Notes: generated by a model not told the origin, from the letters alone. Counted from the first letter of the stretch, positions 11,576-23,919 are shown. The stretch is 64,000 nt of DNA from Selaginella moellendorffii (GCF_000143415.4 NW_003314286.1:201766-265765); one strand, 5' to 3'. A program made the numbers and translations.

Positions 11576-12930
11576 TTTCTTGTAGTTTTTAGCCAATTCA
11601 CCATGACTCTCATGTTCTCATTTTTGCTGTAGTTATATCCATGGCTCCAATTTCTTGTTAAATTGTGCCAACCTCATCTATCAAGAGCAATTGGAAGTTT
11701 TTGTTGTCCCTCAATGCCTCTCAGCCTCCTTTATGTCTTCATTAGAAGCAGTTGTTTTATCATGCAATCACTCAAACTTACAACCAAAAATAATGAGTGG
11801 AAAAAGGGAAAATAGTTTGAAAATGTGCCACCACCAAATTCAAAGAACTTTGTTAGATTTGCGATTGATTACATGTCTGGCTCTACACATTGAAAAACCC
11901 ACATATAGGACCATAAACTCCTCCACACTGTAAAATAACAAGGGGTTCTACTGTAAAACAATGCTAGGGTCAATGTTGGTATGCAATTGTAGAAGCAGAA
12001 GTTCTTACCACAATCTATCTGCATTATAGGGTTATCAAGTAAATTATCCAATTCTTCCATAAGCCATTTATTATCATTTTCCTTTGCTTCATCAGCATTA
12101 GCATCATTAGTCATAGGTTCAACATTATGTTCTTTTACATCAGCATTAGCATCATCAATCATGGGTTTAACATTGTGTTCTTTTACATTTTTCTCTTCAT
12201 GGCTTTCCTTTTCCACATATGCCCGACAAGCCACATTCTTTATAAATGTTGGTGAAGTAATTCCACTATTAGTAGATGCTCTTGAACGAATAGCAAAGGA
12301 ATATCAAGCTTCTAGAATGTTAGGAGAAAATACAAAACTTAATTACCATTAGAATCTATTTTTCTTAGCCAACATGCATAAGTTTTTTTCTAGTAGCACA
12401 GGAAATGTGTTCCGAGTGAATTGCTTATTAATATTATTGCCAATCAAAGCCCAAGAAGTTGATGCTATCTAGTAACATGGCTTGAGGGAGCTCTCACCAA
12501 ACTTGAGTACCTTAAAAATGACAACTAAGCCTGCATGTAATGGGATTGCTAAATAGAGCTTTTGGATTCTCTCCCGATAACATATTACATTATCTATAGA
12601 AGAAAGGCATTGGTCTAATATGCTCCTGCCCATTTTAGGCATTGTGGAAGCTTGATCCAAATCTCTAAGAGTTCTATGATCTTGATGCAAGTTCATTTAG
12701 TTCCTGGGCAATGAGAAAATGAAATCTCTAGTTAAACTCACTGTTCTCTAGCAGTTATGTAATGGTAAGCACCAATATATTCCTGAGATATAGTTTGAGT
12801 AGTTTGATCCAGAGAGCTGAGAGAGGTGATCAATGCTCAAATTAGCTACTTGTCCAGCGATGAAGAGGCGATGAAGAAGACACAAACTCCAGAAGCCAAA
12901 CCCAAGACTGAAGATCGAGAGCCTTCATAA
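11576..12930 (-). pseudogene. Decayed spliced gene of unknown family (copy 1)
   Basis: Exon-like frames (TK*TCIKIIELLEIWIKLPQCLKWAGAY*; ...EELDNLLDNPIMQIDC then GTAAG) with GT/AG boundaries and TAG/TGA stops. Homologous to 16460-17080. Confidence 0.45.
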
Positions 12931-13205
12931 GCTCTTGAATGTGTTGGTGTGAACGCTTGAGAATTTTTCTTTACTAATCTTGATTAAGAATGACTTTAGA
13001 ATGCAATCACGTGAGTGACCATGCCGTCTTTTTTTCTTTTTCTCGTTTTCTCTCCTCTTATCAGGAACGCTAGAAGTTGCTCTTAGGTCGCAAAAGAGAG
13101 AGTCCTATCCAGTCGACTCGTCAACTTTTCACACCCTCATCTGTGGAGGTAACAGACATCGACTCAGATGCATTAAGAAAGTATGTTCACAACCGTGAGG
13201 CCGAA

Positions 13206-14412
13206 CTAGCACCATTTGCGTGTTTTGCAATGTACTTTAGCTACGGACACCATATAATCTTGGGACCTGTAAGAACGACTCTGGTGAGTGTTTCTTTTTT
13301 GTTTTTTGGTTATATTTCTTACGTTGATCCGTAGCTACTTGCACACGCAGACATAATAGCAGACTTTGCTGGTTCAAATTCTCCCTAATTTCGTCAAAAA
13401 ACGCAGCGAAAGGTTTCGAAAAACATCACAAACAATTCGTACCAAAGCTTCGTAGTAAAGCCCAGAATACAAGGAAGCATAGAAGAATGCTTGACCTCTA
13501 TCTTCCTTTAGAAAGCTACCCAGCATCTGCTAAGAAAATAGATAGAACTTTGTGTTGATATTGTAGAGAGATACCTGTTGAGGATCACCACCTTGTTTGT
13601 AAAGCTTGTAAATTTGGTTCATATAAGCCCTGCTATCTTTACCCGTCTGGAAAAAATGAAAACCAATAGTTGAGAAATTGATAAGAAAAAACCATACGTC
13701 TGGGATTCTTTGACGAGCCTCCTCTAAACTATAAGATCGGGCCTCACAAAGGAAGCACCATAAAGCCTGAAAGAGGAGAGAGAAATCCGATGTACGTTTA
13801 TAGAAAGAAAAATTACCTCCTCGGAGTCGTTGTTCCCCAGTTTTGTATCCTCTCGAAACTGAGCAGCACCTTCTTCAAATCTTTTGCAAAGTTTTGCTCA
13901 AGCTCTCAAAAGGGAGAAGAATCCACTACTAACCTGTCGAGATAGAACAGTGAAAGTCCCCTCTGCCACAGATCTGTGTTCACAACTTCAGTTTTTCTGG
14001 TGTGTGTTTGGATCTTTAAAAATTGATTCACTCACAAGGGAGTTCTTCCGGGAAAGCATCCAACACCTTGTTGAATTGCTCCAAAGATCCAGACACATCT
14101 CCCTTTCCACCACAGAAGAAAGAAACCAAGGAAGCTCAGAGGACAAAACGAGTAAAGATGGCTACGAAGAACATATACCTGCGAGAAGAGCTCCATTCCA
14201 TGCCTCTTCCAATCCAGAGCCGACATTCTCCCGAATGGAAGCCTCGACGATGCAAGAACCACGGCTATGGCAGCAATAGCCGCTCCAGTAACACGCCTCT
14301 CCCACGCCGGCCTTCTTCCATCTCCAAACTTTACGGCTCTAGACGCTGGAATGGGCGGAGCAAGCGACAGTCGTGGAATTCTATACCCAATGGCCACCGC
14401 CTTCCACGCCAT
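13206..14412 (-). CDS. TPR/NlpI-like protein with N-terminal transit-like peptide (At3g05625-type), 9 exons
   Basis: Spliced by eye: MAWKAV...RHGMELFSQ|GDVSGSLEQFNKVLDAFPEELPY|LWQRGLSLFYLDR|FEEGAAQFREDTKLGNNDSEE|ALWCFLCEARSYSLEEARQRIPD|TGKDSRAYMNQIYKLYKQGGDPQQ|MLG..FFYASLYSGLYYEAL|GEFEPAKSAIMSACASSYGS|SQDYMVSVAKVHCKTRKWC*. All introns GT-AG. Confidence 0.88.
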
Positions 14413-14716
14413 AGCTCGGCCTCTTTGCACATCGGACTGTCACCTCTTCTTAAATTAGCGTTGCTCTCGATCGGAGCTTTTGAAAAACAAGAGATCTAGC
14501 ATGGTTGCTGGTCACGGACGCGGATGCAGCACGAAGGGATCCAGCGCCGCATCGCCGTGAAGGATGCCACGGTGCCCCGAGACAACCATGTTGGATATAC
14601 GTGCTCGCTCGCGGCGGCGTGGGCGATCGATCCACGCATGAAAGTGGGCAAGGATTCAGTGGCGTATCATCGCCGCCCACTTCGAGAATCGCCCTCGACC
14701 TTTTTAAATCGATACA

Positions 14717-15255
14717 AGCTGTGTGAGCGCCAAGATCACGGTGATGAGTTGAGATCCGGCATTGTCTCGTAGATGTCCCTGGCACTCACAAGCTGGCCTT
14801 CCTGTGCATAAGCTTGCATCATCACAGTGGATGTCACAGCGTTTATCTCTGGCATTTCGACGAAGATTTTCAATGCTTCCTCGGATAATCTGCAGCTGAC
14901 CAGTGAGAGAGTGTTGTAAGACACCAGGTTGTGGCCGGGCATTTTCTCAAGGAAATTTTTGCAGTGGTGGATGTCGGGTGTGTAGCAAGCGAACATGGTG
15001 TTCCAGGAGCCCATGTCCAGGCACGCCAAAGCATCAAACATTGCTCAAGCTTTGTGGATCTTGGAGTGATCCGCGTCTAAAACAATCATGTTGGAAGCAG
15101 CTGGGTTCATTGAGTATGGTTTCTTGCATGATCTGAAACAAATTCTCTCCATCTCCGCAAATGCTTGAAGAATCACGCTCCATCACTCTGGCATAATCGC
15201 ATCCGTGTAAGTTTTCAGCATAGTTGTCCACGACACAATATTGTGAGCAGCAAGC
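14717..15255 (-). pseudogene. PPR pseudogene fragment, duplicate of 19273-19825
   Basis: Near-identical nucleotide block (EALKIFVEMPEINAVTSTVMMQAYAQEGQL) with deletions and frameshifts. Confidence 0.85.
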
Positions 15256-16459
15256 CACTCCCCATTAAGGTCAGCACAAAACACGGTAGGTCTTTGTTTC
15301 TCTTTCTGGTATTTCTTTTTATCCCAAAACCATGATCACATAGCAGCAAAGTTCAGGATGAATACTTAGTAAACTTAAAAGAATGCATATCCTCTGGTTT
15401 ATAACAATGTCTTCATTAATATGGTGTGGTTTCTGTGATGGTTACATTTCACACTTTGTTCTTCCGACAAAAGTAAACATAAATGAAGGGCCTCAAATGT
15501 GGCACTTGTCACATGTACATTTCAGCTTCTTTCGGACAAAGGTTGTGGAAACCACTAGCACCGAAATGAGAATGTTAATTTTTAATAGAAAAAGAAAAAC
15601 CGTGGAGAATATAATACATTTTCTTGCTTGATTAGATATGGACAGAAACATGGGACTGAGAAACCATGAACACATAAAAAAAGAAAATTCTTAGTACTGA
15701 AAAGAGTTGTTAGTTGTTTGCTTTGACAAAAGTGTGATTTGAAAAAGCCATAATTAAATGTTTCTTTGGTGATTGATGATCACAACCTACAAATGATCCA
15801 TATTGAGTGTTTTGATGTTTGTAACTATCCCAATCCCAAATGTGCAGCTATGGAGTCTTAAACTGGAGTCAAGAAAAATCAGTGGATTGATGTACTTTGA
15901 TACATGCCGTTGACTCGCATAGATGTACTTCATCATAGTCCTCGCAAAGGCTCAAACTTGGAGGCTGTGATTTGAAAGAAAATAATAATCTTCTGGATTT
16001 GAGCTTTAGAGTAAGAAAAAACTGAAGCTTACAATGAAAGAGGTTTAATATGACAAGTAATTTCTTTTGGTACTGGTTATGCAAATAAAACTTTTTCTTA
16101 CAAGAGAAATGTGAAATTACTGAATGCTATTTGTAAAATAGGCATTTATATGTCTATAGAAGCAGTACTAGATTCTCTAGTATATTCCACCAATGGGTCA
16201 ATGGTTAGAGCAAACTTTTAACTTTTGTTGCTATTGTGATATGTTTTAACATGGTTTGGGTTGATTTTAAGTGTATGGTTAAAATTTTTGGTAAATTTAT
16301 TTAAATTAATCTTGATTAAAAGACTAAAGTTAGCAAAAGCTAAATTTAAATTTAGATCTATAGCATAGAGTTTTATATCATTAGCAAATAGGATTGTTTG
16401 AATGATAATCCTTTATGCTAACATCTATCGTTTTATTGACAAACATCTTTTTTGTTTTT

Positions 16460-17900
16460 CTTTCTTGTAGTTATTTTCATTACTCCAATTGCTTGTTAAA
16501 TTGTGCCAACCTCCTCTACCAAAAGCAATTGGAAGTTCTTGCTGTCCCCCAATGCCTCTCAGCCTCCTTTGTGTCTTTATTAGAAGCAATTGTCTACTTG
16601 TCATGCAATCATTCAAACCTACAACCAAAAATGGTGAGTACAAAAAGGAAAACTAATTTGAAAATGTGGGGCACCAATAAATTCGAAGAACTTTGTTAGA
16701 TTTGTGATTCCATGTCTAGCTCTATACACTAAAAAACACTATTATCATTTTCCTTTGCTTCATGAGCATTAGCATTACTAGTCATGGGTTCAACATTGTG
16801 TTCTTTTATATTTCCTTCTTTGTGGCTTTCTTATTCCACATATGCCACATTTCTTATAAATTTTTGGCAAAGTAGTTCTATTAGATGCTTTTGAAAGAAT
16901 AGCAAAGGAATATTAAGCTGGAATTGCTAAATAGAGGTTTTTAGATTTTCTCCTTATAACATATTGAGTTATCTCTAGAAGAAAGGCATTGGTTTTATAT
17001 GCTCCTCCCCATTTTAGGCATTGTGGAAGCTTGATCTAAATCTCCAAGAATTCTATGATCTTGATGCAAGTTCATTTAGTTAGCCATACTGATGTAATTG
17101 CCATGCAACTAGGATGGCAATATACTTTGTATATATTACCATTATTATTATTATTATTGCCCTAGAGTTTGAGCTATCATGCAAGCCTCTTCTTTGATTC
17201 ATGTTGTGTGTATGCCAAGGATTGCATGTTCATGTTTATATATACTTGAACACTTGCAATAACTAATGATAGAAACTACCCATGAATGGTTGTCTCTTTG
17301 AATGATAAGAACAAACATTACTAATGGCTCGGTTAGTAAAGGGCTAACAACGACAAGGTGGTAGTGGTCAATGGATAGACCTTCACATGAGGACAATGAG
17401 GCCATAAAAATGTTATGCTGTCATGAGGTGGAGTTGTGGTTTTTTAAGAGTTGAGGAGGGGTGGTGTGAAAAGAAAACCCTCAGGCAATAGCTTCAAACC
17501 AAGCAAAGAAGGCATCATTGTTCAAGTGAACTCATAGCACTTGGCCTTTTGTTTCTTGTTCCCAAGCATTAATGATGTTAGGGAGAGTGCTTTTCAATGG
17601 AGGCAGTACCAGGAGATCAAGAGGATCTTTAGAATCTGGTATCTTCCTTGTGATTCATTATTTCTTATGTGCGTGTGTCTAGATTAAAAGAGACAAAAAT
17701 GAAACTAACTTAATAAAATAAGTAAAGCAAACTTACCATCACTTCAACCACTTCCATGTATTTCTCCAAGCAAGACAGTGTTAGATAACAAGCACTCATA
17801 ACTTCTTCCTCCAAGCCAAAACTAACTTTCCTCTTTTGCTATGGAACTCAAGGCACAACTTCCCCAAAACCATCACTATAAGTGCTAACATTTTTTATAT
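16460..17900 (-). pseudogene. Decayed spliced gene of unknown family (copy 2, plus extra exon remnants)
   Basis: 16460-17080 aligns with 11576-12700. Further stop-interrupted exon-like blocks at ~17400-17680 and ~17735-17880. Strongly CpG-depleted. Confidence 0.4.
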
Positions 17901-18899
17901 ATTATCAAGATTGAGAACATTTATCAATAATAAATCAGTCCCCATGAAAGATATTTGCCTTCTTGGACTTTCCAACAAAGTTTTACAGTGTTTAAAATAA
18001 CAACACACAAAGTTAAGGAAAGATATTTGACTAGAATATTGAGAGAACCTAAAATTGGGATAAAGAACCAATGAAAGAAACCACTTAAATTCTCCACAAC
18101 TTATTTTGATTTCTTATTATGTCAATCATATAAAAACTTGATTAAACATCCCATGACTTTGTGAAAAGATATTAGTTCTAATCTTAGTTTATACTTTTGA
18201 CCTTTATTTTTACCATAAGCTTCCGTGGATTATTTATTCTATGTCAGTGGAAAGCCCAGTCTTTGTTAGCCTGATCCATGCTATTGTTTTTGTAGAAGAC
18301 ATCCCTCATCAAGCCTCTCTAGCTTGGAGACCCTTCTTCACAATCGCTAACACCTGCCTGACTTGCAAAGAAGTGTAATGTTTGGAGCACAATCCTCTAT
18401 CCTTTCTCAGGTCCTTGAAAGAGCCATCCTTGGAAAAAAGAAAGAGAGAGAAGCGTCATCTACATAACGCATTAGGTTGAGCTTTGATGGTCTCGGAAAC
18501 TTCACTGAAGAATCCAAACATTTGGAAAATACTTCAAGGCCTGGCGCCCCAAGAAATTCCAGAAAGGAAGATCAAAGAAATGTTTGCAAAAGATATCGGG
18601 CCTCCTTGGGCGCCCTGGGTACCAAGCGCTATCCGGTAGGTCACGGTGGGGTTGACCATACCGACTTAGCACTACTGGGTCACCGACGAGGGGGGCCAAG
18701 TGGTCAAGGGTCAGCGACCCCATTTACTAAGCAACCCGAGGGATGCAAGCGCCCTTTCAGGCTCTCCCGGATTAACCCTCCTTGCAACTCCATTTCTTTT
18801 ATACCGGTGTTCCTCTACTGCGCCTTGGCTGGTGGGATAGGTTTTCAGCTTACATGGCACAACATCCGCATCTCCGGGATGACTAGGATTGTCGGTTGT

Positions 18900-20400
18900 C
18901 AACCTGGCATTATCCAAGTACCAGCCGACATTTTCGACAACCTTTTCATTTCGATGGATTTTCCACCCAGAAGAATCATCCACAAGCCCGGCTGTGGAAC
19001 AAATGGCATGGATTGCTCCAGCTGACTCGCCCTGGGAGAGATCCCAAAGTCTGCGATCATGGACAAAAATCTCGGCAACACTGCTCGAGCTGGCTCGCCG
19101 CCGCTGCTAGAATTGTTGTGAAGATGGTCTCGTCTGGCTTGAAAGCCAGAAAGATGCATCTCTCGAAAGAGATCCAGTGCCTCGCTCACGCGTCCGTTCT
19201 GGACATAGGCCGCCATGATCGAGCTCCAGGCCTCAAAGGCTCAAAGGCTCAAAGGCTGTTCTCAAGGATTGGGCTGTGCGAGCGCCAAGATCACGGTGAT
19301 GAGAGCCACTGAGTTGCGATCCGGCATTGTCTCGTAGATGTCCCTGGCTCTGGCAAGCTGGCCTTCCTGTGCATAAGCTTGCATCATCACAGTGGACGTC
19401 ACAGCGTTTATCTCTGGCATTTCGACGAAGATTTTCACTGCTTCCCCGGATAATCTGCAGCTGACCAGTGAGGTAAGACACCAGGTTGGGGCCGGGCATT
19501 TCTCAAAGAAATCTTTGCAGTGGTGGACGCCGGGTGCGTAGCAAGCGAGCATGGTGTTCCAGGAGACCATGTCCAGGTACGCCAAAGCATCAAACACTGC
19601 TCGAGCTTTGTCGATCTTGGAGTGATCGGCGCAACTGGGATCGTCGAGTGTGGTTTCTCGCATGATCTGAAAAAAACTCTCGCCATCTTGTACATGCCCA
19701 AACCATACGCTCCAGGTGATTGAGCTTCGCTCTGGCATAATCGCAAACAGTCGCTTCGGCCCGTTAAGGTTACATGCATCCACGTATGTTTTCAGCATAG
19801 TTTCCACGACACAATATTGGGAGCAGGCATTGCGTCAAAGGGATCTTTCGCCATGGAGAAATCCCCAGCCTGGGCAAATGCCGAGATTATAGCGTTCTAT
19901 TCTTGCGCCGACGCTCTGGAACACAGTCATAGCCTTGCCCGTGTTGCCACTGAGAGCGTAGCGAGGAATCATAGGCGTTCACGTGTTCTCGTGGTGAGCA
20001 GGCGTGATTTGAAAGAGCTCTATGGCTTTGCTGTAATGCCCGGTCTGGGCATATGCGCACATCATGGAGTTCCACGACACCACGTTCCTCATGGGCCTAT
20101 TCTCGAACATACATTGCGCGAAATCCAAATGCCGTTCTCGGCGTAGGCATTCATCATAGCCGTCCATGTAATCACGTCCTTGGACGGCATCCTGTTAAAG
20201 ACCCGGCGCGCGTCGTCCAGATGCCCGCTCTGGGCATACACCCGGAGGAGGATATTCCGGAGAAGGAATTGGGATCTTTGATGCCAGCGAAGACGGAGAG
20301 GGCGTGCTCGAGGCTGCCACAGAGCGCATAGGAGATTGGCGAGGTAGCGATGGTCGCGGCATTGCGCGCAGTCGCGATCGAGGGTGTTGACATTGGCAAT
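18900..20400 (-). pseudogene. PLS-E class PPR pseudogene
   Basis: PPR motifs (YAQSGHLDDARRVFNRMPSKDVITWTAMMNAYAENG; NVVSWNSMMCAYAQTG; MPFVPQPGLWMILLG) scattered over several frames, indicating multiple frameshifts. Confidence 0.9.
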
Positions 20401-20479
20401 CCTGCGAAGAAAATCTTCTACTTGCTGCTCGTTTGCGCGAGAAGGAAAAGAGGAGGAATGGATCATCCATCCAAACTCG

Positions 20480-21421
20480 CCAATTCCCTCACTGTTCTTC
20501 CCCCGGGGATTGTTCTCCAGCGCTGAGATCAAGGTTCTCAGGCAGCGGATCCCCAAATATGAAGAAATGCTCGCGGCTTACAAACACCGCGTCTAGCTCA
20601 AGCAAACCAGAGCGTTGATATTTATCTTTGGATAGAAGTTTTGGATCATCTTTTCTCTCTTGTTATGACGTGGTTTCTTCCATCTCCACCGAAGAGCTTG
20701 TTCTCTGGACGAATTCGTTTTCCACCCTCGACTCTGCCAGGCCGCAGCGGAGCTCCTGGGATCAAACAGAGTCGATCGATAAGCTTTTCGTTTTCCTTCT
20801 CCTAAGATAAGAACTTCGTCTCTAGATTCGTAGTCTCTTCATCAAGCTCCCAGGATTCAGTGTCACCAAACTGGCACTCTGATCTCAACAAAATCCTTCC
20901 TCGCGTTTTGGATTCCACTCCATTCACTGTCACAAACAGACTCCACGCTCCACTTTGCGTTTGCTCTGCCGTATTGGCAATCGAATCGAACCGAGGGATG
21001 GACAACTTGGAGCGAAGGGGATACTCAATTGAAACTTACAGAGAACTCGCTGCTGGAGACGCGTAAGTAGTTTTTTTTCTCTTGACTTCCATGAGTTTGT
21101 ATCGTTGTGAATCCAGGACTCTCCACCATGGCTGGACCTTGCACTTTGCGCCCGAGCAACCGGCTAGTAGCTCGCCGTCTCGTCTTGCATGGACAGTGAG
21201 CTACTTTGGCGATGGAGCACGCTTGCTCAGCACAAAACACGCAAGGTCTTTGGTTTTTGTTTGCGGTGTTTGTTTTTATCTCAAGATCACGCAGGAGGAA
21301 AGTCCAGGATGAAGACTTTGGAGGCTGGTTCAAGGACGTAAATTCACGGTGGAAGAAAAACTATGGAAAATTCCTTTCCTTGTCTCGAGTAAATATGGCC
21401 AAAGACAAACACTCAACTTGA
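20480..21421 (+). pseudogene. PhyH-family (phytanoyl-CoA dioxygenase-like) 2OG-Fe(II) oxygenase pseudogene
   Basis: RGLFSSAEI..AAYKHRV*, FVFHPRLCQAAAELLG, LFIKLPGFSVT/(+1 frameshift)/NWHSDLN (HxD motif), ELAAGDA|TLHHGWTLHFAP..RLAWTVSYFGDGARL (distal His/Arg). GT-AG introns at ~21064-21116 and ~21246-21293. Confidence 0.7.
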
Positions 21422-21889
21422 TGCAGCATGGGGACTCTCCATTTACAAGTGAGAAGCCGTGGCACATGAAGAAAGTAAATTCCTAGTACCGCCAATCACT
21501 TTGACATACGAAAAATCAATAAACAAAAGGATGATCAGAACTTACAAATGATCCATACTGAGCATTTTTTATGTCTGTAAAAATCCCAGTTGGTCTGGAT
21601 GTCCAACCGTGGGGCCTTAAAGCCGACCCAAGGAAAATCCAGTCAGAAGCATAGGCCACGCGACAGCTGCTTACACAAAACAAAATACAACCAACAATGG
21701 TGGCTTGCTTTATCAGCGTAACATTTTATCATCCTGAAGCGTACCTTTGGCTCAAAACTATAACTCCTACCGATGATGCCTAGCAGTGATGACTGTGGCT
21801 GCAATCAAACCAGGAAAAGGGGACGATCCAGAAACGAAATGAGTTTGGATTCAATAGATAAGTTAAGAAAAATCACAGTCCAAATTCAT

Positions 21890-23758
21890 TCAAGCCAAAT
21901 CGTTCAAGCGCTTTGATCTTGGCAGCCAGGGTTTGTCTTCTAGTGTTTGTTTTTCTTTATGAATTTCCCGGACTAGGGAAGTCCAATGTTCAAATTCTGG
22001 AATAAATGGCATATTATCAAAGAGCTCTTTTGCCTCCTCTAAGTTCCCAGCTCTTGCCAAGAGGTCTATCATGCAACCAAATTCTTGCCTCGTCCAGGGA
22101 GTACCATGGTTTGCGCAAATCGACTGGAAGTAGCGTCGACCGGCCATAACATCGCCCGAGTGGCTACAAGCGTTCAAGACACTTATCATCAGCACCTCAT
22201 TTGAATCTAAGCCATTCACACACATGCTCCAAAAGGTGTCAAGGGCATCTCCAATAGATTCTCCAGATTTGGCTTGGAAAGCTGAATTCTGCACGATGGG
22301 ACTGTCCTGTTCCAGAGATCTTTCTGAGTTTTTTGTGGCTTTTGATGAGAATCCGGCCTGCCTGAGAGATGTTAGCAAGACTGTCGTGGAGAAAGAATCG
22401 TGGTGCTGATGGTGGAAGAGCTTGAGAGCTTCGTGCTGGTGGTTATTATCAGCGAGTGCTACTGCAAGTGTTGTCAATGAAACAAGATCATGCTCAGGCA
22501 TTCTACAGTTGAAAAACTCCTTTGCAAATGCTAGATCTCTGTTCTGCACAAGTGCTTCCAGCATTACGTTAAGCGAGACAAGGTTACGGCTAAGCATTGT
22601 GTTAAATGTGGTCTCAGCTTCCAAAAACAGCCCGTTCCGGGCGTATACTGCAACGAGAGCTGTTGCCGAGAAGAGGTCATGGTGCGGCAATTTTGCTAAG
22701 ATAAAGCTTAGAAAACTAGAATCAAAGTCGGTTTTACTAGCAGAAAGCAAGGTAGAAAAAGACATGGGAGTAATTTCAGGAATGTAATAAAGTAAATCAT
22801 TACAACGATCCATATGCCCGGTTCCGGCGTAAACTGCAAGCATAGCGTTCCACGAGACAGAATCTTTCTCGCACAGTTTTGAGAACAAGTTTTCAGCTTC
22901 GTCAACTTTTGAGTTTCTCGCATAAACATAAAGCATTGCATTTGATGATATTACATCGTGATACGGCATACCATCAAAAACGTCTTTCGCTACATCAACT
23001 CCGCCTCTTTGGGCATATGCTGCAAGGAACAATGTTGTCGACGGGATATCATGCTCCGGCATGGACTCATATATTCTTCTGGCTATCGCCCTGGATTCAT
23101 TTTCCTGGAGGTGGAAAGAAAGGAGGAGTGTCCAAGTGATGATATCATGGAGCTCCATCCAGTCAAAAAACGATTTTGGGACAAAAGAATGCCCGAGAGA
23201 GGCAAATTTCTTGAGCACAGAGTTACCAGATACAAGATCATACTCTGGAAGTCTCTTTAAGAAATCAATCACACTTTGAAAATCTCCGGATTTCGCAATT
23301 GCATCCAGTATTGAGTTCCACGAGAAGAGATTTCTAGCAGGCATCCCGTCAAAGATTAGTGCCGCATTTTTCAGATACCCTGATTGGGCATATGCAGAAA
23401 CGAATATCGTCCATGAAACCAGACTTTTCTCCAGCATTGAATAAAACATCACGGAAAGAGCTTCTAGATTTTTCTGCCGAGCGTACGTCCCTAGCATCAG
23501 ATTGAAGGAGACGAGATTCCAGCCGGGCATTCGATAAAAGAAATCAATAGCCTCACTAAATTGCCCGTGCCTGGCAAGTGCCGTAAGCATCGCGTTCCAG
23601 GAGACAATGTTCTTGGCAGGCATCGTATCAAAAACGCTCTTGGCATTGGCCAGGCTCCCATCTTTGGCAAGCGCGCTGATCAACTTGTTCTGCCGGGAGA
23701 CGATATCATCGAAAGTGTTGTGACACAAGAACTCGAAGTTCCTTAGCGCTACTGTCAT
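21890..23758 (-). CDS. PLS-class PPR protein with truncated E domain, no DYW
   Basis: Intronless 622-aa ORF of tandem P/L/S motifs ending ISVLNACSHSG...CMIDLLARAGNLEEAKELFDNMPF. Confidence 0.9.
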   Translation of the reverse strand: MTVALRNFEFLCHNTFDDIVSRQNKLISALAKDGSLANAKSVFDTMPAKNIVSWNAMLTALARHGQFSEAIDFFYRMPGWNLVSFNLMLGTYARQKNLEALSVMFYSMLEKSLVSWTIFVSAYAQSGYLKNAALIFDGMPARNLFSWNSILDAIAKSGDFQSVIDFLKRLPEYDLVSGNSVLKKFASLGHSFVPKSFFDWMELHDIITWTLLLSFHLQENESRAIARRIYESMPEHDIPSTTLFLAAYAQRGGVDVAKDVFDGMPYHDVISSNAMLYVYARNSKVDEAENLFSKLCEKDSVSWNAMLAVYAGTGHMDRCNDLLYYIPEITPMSFSTLLSASKTDFDSSFLSFILAKLPHHDLFSATALVAVYARNGLFLEAETTFNTMLSRNLVSLNVMLEALVQNRDLAFAKEFFNCRMPEHDLVSLTTLAVALADNNHQHEALKLFHHQHHDSFSTTVLLTSLRQAGFSSKATKNSERSLEQDSPIVQNSAFQAKSGESIGDALDTFWSMCVNGLDSNEVLMISVLNACSHSGDVMAGRRYFQSICANHGTPWTRQEFGCMIDLLARAGNLEEAKELFDNMPFIPEFEHWTSLVREIHKEKQTLEDKPWLPRSKRLNDLA

Positions 23759-23919
23759 TGATTAAGGTTGCTAGAGTTATCCAAAACCTTGAATCTTCTT
23801 TACATATTGTGCATCTTATCAACAGTTTCACAAGGTCGGACGATCGATCTTTAAGGTATTATAAGAGTAAAGTAGATTATTAAAGGTTGATTCATTGCAA
23901 AAGATTAGTGCCACTACAA

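Noticed and set aside
15775-15820. C/D-box snoRNA candidate (TGATGA..., paralog at ~21530)
   Set aside because: Boxes are not conserved between the copies and there is no terminal stem; segmental duplication explains the similarity.
21890-21990. DYW deaminase domain after either intact PPR
   Set aside because: No HSE, CxxC or DYW motif is visible downstream of either ORF.
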